A stretch of 64,000 bases of DNA, taken from NCBI GenBank assembly GCA_036501045.1, contig DASYAX010000407.1, positions 8,670 to 72,669 on the forward strand. The letters run 5' to 3'. The stretch comes from Bryobacteraceae bacterium (GTDB taxonomy: Bacteria; Acidobacteriota; Terriglobia; Bryobacterales; Bryobacteraceae). Below, one piece after another: positions 54,218 through 63,198 of the stretch; the stretch's first letter is position 1, and each line of letters begins with the position of its first letter. The notes below the pieces were generated by a model. It saw nothing but the letters and a program-made list of their open reading frames with translations, was not told the DNA's origin and did not search any database. The position numbers were made by a program, and so were the translations under genes.

Positions 54218-55431
54218 GCGGCCACCTTTGCCAGGCGCTCCTTGGTGCGGGCGCGCAGAAACTCGAGGCGGTCTTCGAGAAGATCGAGAATGTAATCGCA
54301 AGCGCGGGTAGTCAGCAGGATGATGGCGACTGAGAACAGGAACGACATGGCAATGAAGCGCGACCAGTGCTCGTAGGTGGCGCCGGTACGGGCCAACTGC
54401 ACGAGGCTCGGCAGAACGAGCAGGCCGCCGGCGGTCATCAGCAGCAAGGGAAGAAGCCAAAAATAGCGGCTTTGGAGGGTAGCTTGGGCGACCGAGGTAA
54501 GCGACCGCCGGCCCGCACCGTTTTGTAGCGTGATGCCGACGATACGCGCGGTGACGTAACTCGCCGAAAACAACAGGCAAGCGCAAATGCCGGCCAGATG
54601 GCTGACTACGAAACGATAGATCATCCATTCGGCGACCGAACGATGGGCTAGGTAATAGAGCGTGGGATTGAGCATCAGCCCGATTGCCACCAGCAGACAA
54701 CCGAGGCCGAGGAGGCTCAAGGGGCGTTCCGGCCGGTAGAGAAAGGCGGCCTCGAAGATCACTTTGAGGAAGCGCAGCCCGTCGCGCACGACATTGAGTT
54801 TGGAATGGCCTTCGCGCTCGGCGTACGGCATGTCGATCTCGCGCATTTTGAGGCTGCGGTCGAGCATGGCGCGGGCGCTCATGGCGGGAGTAAAGTGCAT
54901 GCCGGTGGGGAGCGGCTCGAGTTTATCGAGGCTTTCGCGGCGGACCACGCGCATGCCGCTTGCGGTATCACGGACGCGCGTCGAAGAGAAGACGCCGAGC
55001 AGCAGCGCAAAGATGGAATTGCCGAAGCGGCGCAGGGCGGGCATTTTGCTCTGCTTGTTCATGCGGCAGCCGATAACGACGTCGGCTTTTTCGGCCTCGA
55101 TGGCGCTGCAGAGGGTGGAGAAAAAGCGGGGATCGCAGGTGCCGTCGGCGTCGAGGAAGCCGAGCAGGTCGGCATCGGACTGCTTCCAAGCTTCTTGGAT
55201 GGCCGCGCCATAGCCGCGATTTTTGTGAAAGGCGATTACTTTGATTTCGTGGTCGTGGGTTTGGGCAATTTCGAGCGTGCGGTCGGTAGAGCCATCGCTC
55301 ACGACGGCGATATCCACCTGATGAACCGGCGAGGTAGCGGTAATATGCGCGCGCGCAGCGAGCGAGCGCTCGATAATCGGCTCGATGCTCTGCTCTTCGT
55401 TATAGGCCGGGATGGCAATCAGCAACTTCAT
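54214..55431 (-). CDS. Membrane-anchored GT2, polyprenyl-phosphate sugar synthase type (GtrB/ArnC/DPM1-like)
   Basis: Start at MKLLIAIPAYNEE. NRGYGAA and LDADG motifs. The last ~150 aa contain about four hydrophobic helices. Confidence 0.75.
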   Translation of the reverse strand: MKLLIAIPAYNEEQSIEPIIERSLAARAHITATSPVHQVDIAVVSDGSTDRTLEIAQTHDHEIKVIAFHKNRGYGAAIQEAWKQSDADLLGFLDADGTCDPRFFSTLCSAIEAEKADVVIGCRMNKQSKMPALRRFGNSIFALLLGVFSSTRVRDTASGMRVVRRESLDKLEPLPTGMHFTPAMSARAMLDRSLKMREIDMPYAEREGHSKLNVVRDGLRFLKVIFEAAFLYRPERPLSLLGLGCLLVAIGLMLNPTLYYLAHRSVAEWMIYRFVVSHLAGICACLLFSASYVTARIVGITLQNGAGRRSLTSVAQATLQSRYFWLLPLLLMTAGGLLVLPSLVQLARTGATYEHWSRFIAMSFLFSVAIILLTTRACDYILDLLEDRLEFLRARTKERLAKVAA

Positions 55432-55465
55432 GGCAAAATCCTCCAAAAAAAGGGGCGGGCGGTCA

Positions 55466-56584
55466 TTAGCCGGCACCCGAAAAACGATGGGCGGCAGAAA
55501 ACAGTAATTCGCGCCAGCGTGGAAGAATCACCGACCAGTCATATTCTTCAACGGCTCGCCGGGCGTTTTGCGATAGGGTAGCGGCCAATTTCGGCTTTCC
55601 GAGTATTTCCGAGACCCCTTGGGCGAGGGCTTGGGCATCGCCGGTAGGAACCAGCAGGCAATTGAGGCGGTCTTTGGCGAGATACGGGATGCCGCCGGGC
55701 GCGGTGCTGACGACGCAAGCGCCGCACGCCATCGCCTCGAGCAAGGTAACGGGATGGTTGTCCACGGCCGAGGTATTCATGAAAATATCACCCTGGTTGA
55801 GAAAGAGGGGGATTTCGGCTTTCGGGAGGCGGCCCGAAAAGTCGATGCGGCCGGCGACGCCCAGGGCTTCGGCGAGCGAGCGGGCTTCGATGAGACTGCC
55901 ATCCTGTTTGTCCGGCCCCGCCATGCTGAGCCGGACATCGGGAAAGTCGGCAGCAAGCAGGGCGAGCGCACGCACGGCGGTGGATGGCTGGTAAATCCGA
56001 TGGAAGGCGCGCAGCCAAATGAGGCGCGGGGCGGCGGTTTGGCGCGCCCGGAACGGATAGGCCGGGAGGTCGATGGCGTTGGGAAGAATCAGAATGTCCG
56101 AGCGAAAGCGCTGAAGCGCTTCGGATAGATAGCCGGACGGGGCGGTCACGGCCGCGGCCGAGCGGAGCAGTGCGCCGAGAAATCGCGGCCAACGAGCGCT
56201 GAAGGCCGGCAAGTTACCCCCATGTAACGTGAGGATATACGGTTTCTTCAGGCAGCGCAGCAACCAGCACACAGCGGCGGCCCAGAAGAAGGCCGGTCCG
56301 CTGAACAGATCGATTTGGGCGACTTGGTATTGTTTACGGGTTCGCCAGGCGGCGACGAGCATGTCGAGGAGACGCGCGAGACGACCGGTGCGGTGCGAGG
56401 TGGCGACGACGGTCCACCCGGAGGCGGACAAGCGCTCGGCTAAATCTTCGCAGACGCTGCGATTGCGCCCGGCGGACGAGAGAAAGTTGCCGACGATGAG
56501 CACCGAGCCGGTGTAGGGGGTGGGGGCAGGCGCGTGATTTTCCGTCCCGGCGGCTAAGGCGTCGAGCGGCGCGAGGGGTGCCAT
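55466..56584 (-). CDS. Glycosyltransferase family 4 (GT-B, 'group 1')
   Basis: SVLIVGNF... N-terminal domain. NTSAVDNHPVTLLEAMACGACVVST is the EX7E-type motif. Confidence 0.8.
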   Translation of the reverse strand: MAPLAPLDALAAGTENHAPAPTPYTGSVLIVGNFLSSAGRNRSVCEDLAERLSASGWTVVATSHRTGRLARLLDMLVAAWRTRKQYQVAQIDLFSGPAFFWAAAVCWLLRCLKKPYILTLHGGNLPAFSARWPRFLGALLRSAAAVTAPSGYLSEALQRFRSDILILPNAIDLPAYPFRARQTAAPRLIWLRAFHRIYQPSTAVRALALLAADFPDVRLSMAGPDKQDGSLIEARSLAEALGVAGRIDFSGRLPKAEIPLFLNQGDIFMNTSAVDNHPVTLLEAMACGACVVSTAPGGIPYLAKDRLNCLLVPTGDAQALAQGVSEILGKPKLAATLSQNARRAVEEYDWSVILPRWRELLFSAAHRFSGAG

Positions 56585-56611
56585 AAAACTCTTATCGATT
56601 CTTCTCAGCCT

Positions 56612-58330
56612 TCATTTTGTCGTGCCGCCGGGGGGCGGAAGCAAGGGGAGAGCTTTACTGTAAATCGTTTGTGGTACTTCCGGATAGCGCCGGAGATCCT
56701 GGGGGGAGCGGTCGGGTTGGAGCAGCCAGAAGTGACGGTCTTTGAAGTAGGCGAGCAGACGGCGGTCTTCCTGGGGGGGCATGTCGTCGCGGGCCCAGAC
56801 GACCTTGGAGGCGTCGATATCGGCGCGGTTGTAGACCCATTCCTGGATGGGATTATGGGTGGCGGAATAGCGTACCAGGACCACCTGCCCGCCGGGTTGG
56901 GCTTCGAGGGTGCGTTCGATCGCGGCGCGCTCACGGGGAAAGGCGGCGGTAGAAGGTTCGGGCTTCAGGTGTTCGATGAGGCTGACGGCGCTACAGAGGA
57001 TAACGGCGGTAGCGCAGGCTTGACCCACGCGGCGGCCGCGGAAGCGGAAACAGGCAAGACGCCGGAGCGAGAGCAATTTCAAAGCGGCGGCCAAACCGAT
57101 CACGGGAGCGAAATAGTGAATCTGGCACCAACCTTCGACCGAGAGAGCGGCAAGGAAGAGGGCGAGGACGGCGATCAGGAAGCGCGAGGCCGGAGCGCGC
57201 CACAGAAAGAGCCCGGAGGCGAGGCACAGCAGCAGAAAGAAATTGCCGAACAGTACTTCTTTGGCCATACGCAGCCGGGTTTTCTGGATGGCGATCCAGC
57301 CGTGGAGAGTTTTGAGTTGATCGACGGATTGGTAGTGAGGCTCCCATTCAGTGTAGAAGCGCTGCATGACGGCGTGACGGTAATGCGGAGCGGGCGTACT
57401 CGATTGCCAGACGAAGAGCGGGACGGTCGAATAGGTTTTATGGACCGCTACATAAGGAAGACGTAAGGGATTGCCGGTGATGCGCCAGCAGTAATAGAGC
57501 ATGCTGGCGGCGGTAACGGTGAGTAGCAGAGAGCACGGGACCAGGGCGGAGACGAAGCGGCGGCGGAACGCGCCGGCATGGTCACGGAAGAACGAGTAGA
57601 GCAAGCTGACGGCGACCGGAAGCATGACGGTCATGCCCTCCCAGGGACGGCTGTTGAGCAGAATCGCGACGCCGACGGCGAGCAGGATGCCGTTTGCGAG
57701 GGCGCTCGAAGAGAGCGGCCGGAACTTTCGCAAGCGGCCGTACGCGCCGAGCACCAGGCAGCCGCCGATCGCGGCCGGCGCGCCACCCCAATAGGAATTC
57801 ATCCAGTAATGAGTGACTCCGAACTGCAGTCCGACGGCGAGCGCGCCGAATAGCGCCCATTTTCCGGGCAGCCAGGCCTGGAGCATCCAACACATGGCGC
57901 CGCACATGAGACCCACGCTGAGAAACACGCCCCACCAGGGATGCCCGAAAAGCACTTGCCCGGCGGCCATGAAGAGGCCCTGCGCGGGCGGGTATTTCGA
58001 CATGTAGGAAGGCTGCTGTAACACATGGAAGCTTTCAAAGAACTCCCACAGCGGATGGGTCAAGTTGGTGACGCGTCCGTGAGCGAAGGTATCGGCGGCG
58101 AGGAGATAGCTGAATTCGTCGTGGATACGCGGCAACGGGATGGGGAGCACGGGTAACATGCAGAGGCGGATCAGCAAGGGGAGGGCGGCGGCGCTGGCGA
58201 TGGCCAAGGCGGCGTGCCGCGCGAAATAGCCGAAGACCACACGGACGGGGCGCACGGCGGCGCGCAGCGCTTTGGGCCGGAACCAGAACAGCGCGAAGAC
58301 GGCGAGGAAGATAGCGAGATTGAGCAGCAT
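56612..58330 (-). CDS. Polytopic membrane protein, GT-C-like glycosyltransferase candidate
   Basis: At least 10 hydrophobic helices. The acidic motif PRIHDEFSYLLAADTFAHGR follows TM1-2. The C-terminal soluble domain is ~170 aa. ATG 58330 overlaps the upstream stop (TGATG). Confidence 0.6.
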   Translation of the reverse strand: MLLNLAIFLAVFALFWFRPKALRAAVRPVRVVFGYFARHAALAIASAAALPLLIRLCMLPVLPIPLPRIHDEFSYLLAADTFAHGRVTNLTHPLWEFFESFHVLQQPSYMSKYPPAQGLFMAAGQVLFGHPWWGVFLSVGLMCGAMCWMLQAWLPGKWALFGALAVGLQFGVTHYWMNSYWGGAPAAIGGCLVLGAYGRLRKFRPLSSSALANGILLAVGVAILLNSRPWEGMTVMLPVAVSLLYSFFRDHAGAFRRRFVSALVPCSLLLTVTAASMLYYCWRITGNPLRLPYVAVHKTYSTVPLFVWQSSTPAPHYRHAVMQRFYTEWEPHYQSVDQLKTLHGWIAIQKTRLRMAKEVLFGNFFLLLCLASGLFLWRAPASRFLIAVLALFLAALSVEGWCQIHYFAPVIGLAAALKLLSLRRLACFRFRGRRVGQACATAVILCSAVSLIEHLKPEPSTAAFPRERAAIERTLEAQPGGQVVLVRYSATHNPIQEWVYNRADIDASKVVWARDDMPPQEDRRLLAYFKDRHFWLLQPDRSPQDLRRYPEVPQTIYSKALPLLPPPGGTTK

Positions 58331-60213
58331 CAATTTTTCGCCAAGCTATTGACGGAGGTCTCCGCGGAGGGGCGGAGGCGATAGAAGAAATAGCGCGTAT
58401 TGCCGATTTGTTCCCAGCCGGAGGGCGGCGTTACGCTCGCTGGAACGTTTGAGGCGACGACAAGCAGCGCGCCGGTTTGGGCAAAGGCGGCGAGGGAGCG
58501 GGCTTGCGCCGCCGGGTCGAGTTTCCAGTAGGGATCCTTGGGGGCGAAGGCGTTGGTGTAGATTTCGGCGACGATCCGGCAGCGGGCGAGGCGCGCCCAT
58601 TGCGCATTGCCGTGATTCGCGTATTCGAGCGAAGCGATCTTCGAGCCGGGTGGGAGCTCGACTTGTTGCGTAAGCGCGGAAGCGACCTGCCAGGCTTCAA
58701 ATTGCGAGGCGCCTTGCGGAAGCGAGCCGCGGAGGGTGTAAGCGGCGAGACGCGCGCTCGAGACGCCGACTGTAAGCGTAAAGGCCGCGACGACGGCGAT
58801 CGCGAGGGGCTTCAGGAAGAGCTGGTCTGTGCCGATGGGGAAACGGATGGCCGAAAACAGGCCGAGATAGAGCAGCACGATGAAGGGCGCAAGATGCCGC
58901 GGCTCGCAGTAGACGAGGGCGTACATGGCGAGCGCGGCGAAGGAGAGCAGCAGCAGCGGCCGGGCGGCCGGACTAAATGGGGCAAACGCCCGCCGGGTGC
59001 GCCAGAACAACACGAGCCAGGCAGCGAGTAGCAGCGGCGAGAAGAAGCGGAACCAACGGTCTTCGCGATAGAGCTGAACGACGTGCACGTTCAGCAGCAG
59101 GCTGTACATGAAGTTCAGATTGACCAGAATTTTACGGACTTGCTGGGCGGGATCGAAGACCGGGGCGAGACCTTCGTTCCAATAGCTCGGGTCATACCAG
59201 ACCGGATAGGTGCCGGCGACCGGCCCAGCGAATTCATAGACGGGAGGCGCATCGAGTATTTTGCGCGTGGGGTGAACGGGGACGCCGCTCGAGGTGGGGC
59301 CTTTCGACCAGCGGGGCGCGACTTCCGAGCGGGTTCCGAGCGGCTCGCCTTGCCAGTGACGGTAGCTCGCGCCATCGACGTACCAGGCATAGTTGAGCCG
59401 TCCGGAGTCGCCGAAGGTGGGACGCTGTTTGCTTTTCGAAAGCGCGATGACGTAAGGGCCGGCGACGAGCAGAAAGGCGGCGAAAGCGGCCAGCGTTTTG
59501 GGAAGCAGCTTCGGCCATTTCGCCGGAGCGAGCAAGGTCAGGGCGAGGAATACAAACGCTAAGAGGAAGACGGGAACTTTCGCGAGGTAACCGCAGCCGA
59601 GGAGCAAACCGAGCACCAGAAATTTTTGCAAATCGAGGGCGCCCGCAGCGATTTCGAGCAGAAGGCCGGCGGCGAAAAAGACAAACGCCGCAACTTCCAT
59701 GTCGGGTGAGGTGGAGCTGACGGTGACCAATTCGAGCAGTGCCCAGACGGCGATCGTGTAGCCGGCGGCGACGAGCAGCCAGCCCGGCAGCGGTTCCGCC
59801 GAGGCGGCTTTGGTCGCGGGCCGGGCCCGGCGCACGCACTCGACCAGCCGCTCGAGAAAGAAATCGAAACCGGCGAAGGCCGCGAGATAGATGGCGAAAT
59901 TGACGGCATGGACGACGGCGAATTCGTAGAGCGGGCCGGGCTTCGCAATCGCGAGCGCAAGGGCGATCGCGGCCGGATAGAGCGGGCTCCAATAGCCGTT
60001 GACGGCGGCCTGCCAATCGCCGTGCGCGAGGCGGCTCGCGATATCGAGATAAGAAATGCCATCGCTCGTGATGGTGTTGCGAGAGGCCCAGGCTTGGAGC
60101 GCGCCGGCGAGAATGGCAAACAGCCAGAAGAAGAGCCGCAGGCGGCGCACGTTACGGTCGAACGCCTGGGTAGTTTTTAGCGCGTAGGCCACGTCGAAGG
60201 TGCTGGTGGTCAT
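58330..60213 (-). CDS. Polytopic membrane protein, GT-C-like (PMT_2/ArnT-like) glycosyltransferase candidate
   Basis: Start at MTTSTFDVAY (60213). ITSDGISYLDIASRLAHGD follows TM1. There are many TM helices, an internal soluble loop and a C-terminal soluble domain. Confidence 0.65.
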   Translation of the reverse strand: MTTSTFDVAYALKTTQAFDRNVRRLRLFFWLFAILAGALQAWASRNTITSDGISYLDIASRLAHGDWQAAVNGYWSPLYPAAIALALAIAKPGPLYEFAVVHAVNFAIYLAAFAGFDFFLERLVECVRRARPATKAASAEPLPGWLLVAAGYTIAVWALLELVTVSSTSPDMEVAAFVFFAAGLLLEIAAGALDLQKFLVLGLLLGCGYLAKVPVFLLAFVFLALTLLAPAKWPKLLPKTLAAFAAFLLVAGPYVIALSKSKQRPTFGDSGRLNYAWYVDGASYRHWQGEPLGTRSEVAPRWSKGPTSSGVPVHPTRKILDAPPVYEFAGPVAGTYPVWYDPSYWNEGLAPVFDPAQQVRKILVNLNFMYSLLLNVHVVQLYREDRWFRFFSPLLLAAWLVLFWRTRRAFAPFSPAARPLLLLSFAALAMYALVYCEPRHLAPFIVLLYLGLFSAIRFPIGTDQLFLKPLAIAVVAAFTLTVGVSSARLAAYTLRGSLPQGASQFEAWQVASALTQQVELPPGSKIASLEYANHGNAQWARLARCRIVAEIYTNAFAPKDPYWKLDPAAQARSLAAFAQTGALLVVASNVPASVTPPSGWEQIGNTRYFFYRLRPSAETSVNSLAKN

Positions 60214-60220
60214 GTGAGGC

Positions 60221-61789
60221 TTAAGACGGCAGCAGAACAAAAGCACCGAATTCCGGCGCCGAATGTTTCGGCGGAGTGGGAACTTGGCCGTTGGGAGCGG
60301 CTACGGCGAGGCCGGTCATGGGAATTTCGAGCGGACCGCCCTGATAAAGACCGGTGCAGACCGGCGGTCCGAAGAAATTTTGGACATCGCGGACTTCGAA
60401 GCGCTGGCCGCGCGTTAGGACGCTTGCGGCATTGACCGGAACCGGACTCTTGCGGTCCCAGTTATAGATGACGATGTTGGCGCGGCCTTTTTCGTATTTA
60501 TTAGGACGCACAAAGGCCCAGATACCGGTGGGGCGTCCGGGCGTGAACTGGCTGTTGGCGTCGACCTTGGCCGAGGAGCGCCACAGCACCCAAGGCATTT
60601 GCCGTCCACCGATGGAGAAGATGCCGGAGCCGAAATAGCGGTTGTGGTCCCACTGGTAATTCGCAAAACTTTGATTGGCGAGCAACTCGACGTTCACCAG
60701 GATTTTGGAGTTCGAGAACACCATGTTGTGGTTGAAGGTTACTTTGTTCCAGCGGGCGAGGAACAGCGCAATGTCGCCGCCAATCCAGTAATTGTTGACG
60801 ATGTTGGCGGAGTCGTTCAGCGGGCTGAATTGCCAGCCGATACTCGAATGGCCCTGGTCGTCGGCGGGGGTGTGATAGGTGAAGTTTTGGTCGAGGGTGA
60901 GGTTGTCGACGCCGGTGCCGACACCGAAGAGAATATTGTCATCATGCAGCCCGCGGCGCGAGATGGTGCCGTTATTGAAGACGATGTTGCCGCGCAAGAC
61001 AATATCGCGCACCCAGGCGGTCGCCGAGCCATAGCCATGGATACCGAGACCGAACTGATCGAACACGATATTGTCTTCGAGGACTTTTGTGCCGCTTTTG
61101 TTCTGCACGTAGATGCCGTGGCCATGGCCGCGGTCGGGCCCTTGAAAACCGTTGTAATAGACGATGTTGCCGTACGCCTCGCCGGCGCCGGCTTCGGTCC
61201 ACCAGCCGATGCCTTCGCGGGTATCGTGAATCACCAGATTGATGAAGCGCGTGCCGGGCGCCCAGCTATCGATGGCATCGGGGACGGCGGACTTCCCCCA
61301 ATCGGGCGGACCGGCGGCGCCGCCGGTGCGATCTTTGATGGAATTGGCGAACTCGAGTCCCCAGAACCAGACATAGCCGCCGGAGGCCGGCTGCGGATCT
61401 CCGTTGCAGCAGCCCACCTGCACCCAGCCGTCGATGGTCGCCCGCTCATGCGGATAGGCACGCACGACGATGGGCGCGTCAGGCGTGCCGAGCAAGCGGG
61501 TGCGAAAGATGGTAGAGCCATTGCCGTAGTGCCCGGCGCGAATCCAGATCATGCTGCCGGGCTTCACGCCCTGCGATTGATAGAGCGCGGTAGCGAGATC
61601 CCAGGGGGCGGACAGGCTGCCGTTGTTTGACGCTTTGCCGTTGGGCGATACATAGAAGTCGGCGGGCCCGGGCCCACGCATGGGATCGGCCGGTGGGCGG
61701 CTCGATAACGGAGGCGAGGCGATCAGGAAGAGACCGGCGACGAGAGCGAGCAGGCCCAGGGCCGGGGTGCGGGTGACGATGTTTTTCAC
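60221..61789 (-). CDS. Secreted right-handed beta-helix protein, paralogue of the C-terminal domain of 47365-50475
   Basis: The GTG start overlaps the upstream stop (GTGA). Signal peptide present. Shared motifs include ERATIDGW.QVGCC, YVWFWGLEFA, GEAYGNIVY.NGFQ..DRGHGHG, FVRPNKYE.GRANI.IYNWD and IPMTGL..AAPNG.VP.PP. Confidence 0.75.
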   Translation of the reverse strand: MKNIVTRTPALGLLALVAGLFLIASPPLSSRPPADPMRGPGPADFYVSPNGKASNNGSLSAPWDLATALYQSQGVKPGSMIWIRAGHYGNGSTIFRTRLLGTPDAPIVVRAYPHERATIDGWVQVGCCNGDPQPASGGYVWFWGLEFANSIKDRTGGAAGPPDWGKSAVPDAIDSWAPGTRFINLVIHDTREGIGWWTEAGAGEAYGNIVYYNGFQGPDRGHGHGIYVQNKSGTKVLEDNIVFDQFGLGIHGYGSATAWVRDIVLRGNIVFNNGTISRRGLHDDNILFGVGTGVDNLTLDQNFTYHTPADDQGHSSIGWQFSPLNDSANIVNNYWIGGDIALFLARWNKVTFNHNMVFSNSKILVNVELLANQSFANYQWDHNRYFGSGIFSIGGRQMPWVLWRSSAKVDANSQFTPGRPTGIWAFVRPNKYEKGRANIVIYNWDRKSPVPVNAASVLTRGQRFEVRDVQNFFGPPVCTGLYQGGPLEIPMTGLAVAAPNGQVPTPPKHSAPEFGAFVLLPS

Positions 61790-63198
61790 GGGATACGGAC
61801 GACTTCCCGCTCGGCTTCGCGCTCACGCGGCAGCCGGCTGATAACGGCCTGAAATTTGCCGCGGCTCGAACGCGGAATGGACGGGACCGGCTCGACCTGG
61901 ACGGTGACGGCGGGGCCGAGACGATTTTTTACGCGCTGGATGACATCGCGAATGTCGGGCTCGCCGAAGCCCTGGGCGGGAACGATCTTGACGTGGATGA
62001 GATCGAGCTTTTCCTGAATGATCTGGCCTTCGCGAATATGCGGCTGATCGACGAAGATGCCATGAAAGCGCACCAGACGGCGGCCATCGGGGCCAACGAC
62101 GACATCTTCGGTCCGGCCGAGAACTTCCTGCATGACGGGCATCGACGAGCCGCAGGGACACGGCTCAGCAGCCCAGGCGGCGACGTCGCCGAGCCGATAG
62201 CGGATAAAGAGCTGATACTCGCGGAGCAGCGAGGTAGCGACCACTTCGCCCGGCTCGCCGGGATCGCAGGCCGCGCCATCGGGCCGGAGAATCTCGACGA
62301 TCGCAACATCCGGACTGAGATGCAGGCGGCCGTGCGCGCATTCGCTCGCAAACAAAGAGCTCTCGACGGTGCTGTACTCTTCATAGACGCGCGTGCGGTA
62401 GGCGCGCTCCATCACCTGGCGCATGGCGGGCGTGAGTTTTTCGCTGGTAGTGATGATGGCGCGCAGCGCGGGGACCTCGAGCTTCTGTTCGAGGATCATT
62501 TCGGCTAGCAGGTAGTAGGAGACGGCATAGCCGGTGAGCCATTGGACGCGGTGTTGGCGCAGCGCCTCGACATACAGTGGGGCGTTTTCGGGACGCAGGT
62601 GAAATGGCGACAAATAGACCTGGCCTTCGACCGCGTTATAGCGGTGGAAGGGACCTGTACTTTCGGGATCGGGCTCGGCCATGCGGCCGGAAAAGGTGGC
62701 GCGCCGTAGACGGAAGGAGACGCCCGCCCAGCGATTGGAGCGCACTTCACGGAGCGCGAGCGAATTGCGGATCTCGGACGCTTTCCAGATGGTGCGGATG
62801 GGCGTGCCGGTGGAGCCACTGGTGTGGAAGGAGAAGTCCGGCCAGGCTGTCACGTCGGTGCGGACAAAGGCGCGGGCATCGGCGCGGATCGCGTCTTTTT
62901 CAAGCAACGGCAGGTCCGCCAATTCGCCGGCGAGCGCGGCGGCGGTTTGCGTTTTGGTCCAGGTGTCGCGGTAATGCGGAATGTGCTTGGCCGCGACCGG
63001 AAGCAAGCGGGCGAGCCGTTCTTTTTGCCAATGGGACCATTCGCCCGGAGTAAAGCGTTCGCGCTGTTCATAGCCGCGGACGTATCCGCGGTATCCCGGG
63101 CCGAAGCGCAGCCAGTGCCAATAGGCGCCGTAGGTGGTGACTGCACCATGTTGCGCCCAGACGGGCAGCCGCTTATAGAGATCGAGTGCAAGGCTCAT
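61786..63198 (-). CDS. Phenylacetate-CoA ligase family adenylate-forming enzyme (CapK / F390-synthetase-like)
   Basis: FHTSGSTGTPI is the adenylation motif. 470 aa. ATGA overlap with the upstream gene. Confidence 0.8.
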   Translation of the reverse strand: MSLALDLYKRLPVWAQHGAVTTYGAYWHWLRFGPGYRGYVRGYEQRERFTPGEWSHWQKERLARLLPVAAKHIPHYRDTWTKTQTAAALAGELADLPLLEKDAIRADARAFVRTDVTAWPDFSFHTSGSTGTPIRTIWKASEIRNSLALREVRSNRWAGVSFRLRRATFSGRMAEPDPESTGPFHRYNAVEGQVYLSPFHLRPENAPLYVEALRQHRVQWLTGYAVSYYLLAEMILEQKLEVPALRAIITTSEKLTPAMRQVMERAYRTRVYEEYSTVESSLFASECAHGRLHLSPDVAIVEILRPDGAACDPGEPGEVVATSLLREYQLFIRYRLGDVAAWAAEPCPCGSSMPVMQEVLGRTEDVVVGPDGRRLVRFHGIFVDQPHIREGQIIQEKLDLIHVKIVPAQGFGEPDIRDVIQRVKNRLGPAVTVQVEPVPSIPRSSRGKFQAVISRLPREREAEREVVRIP

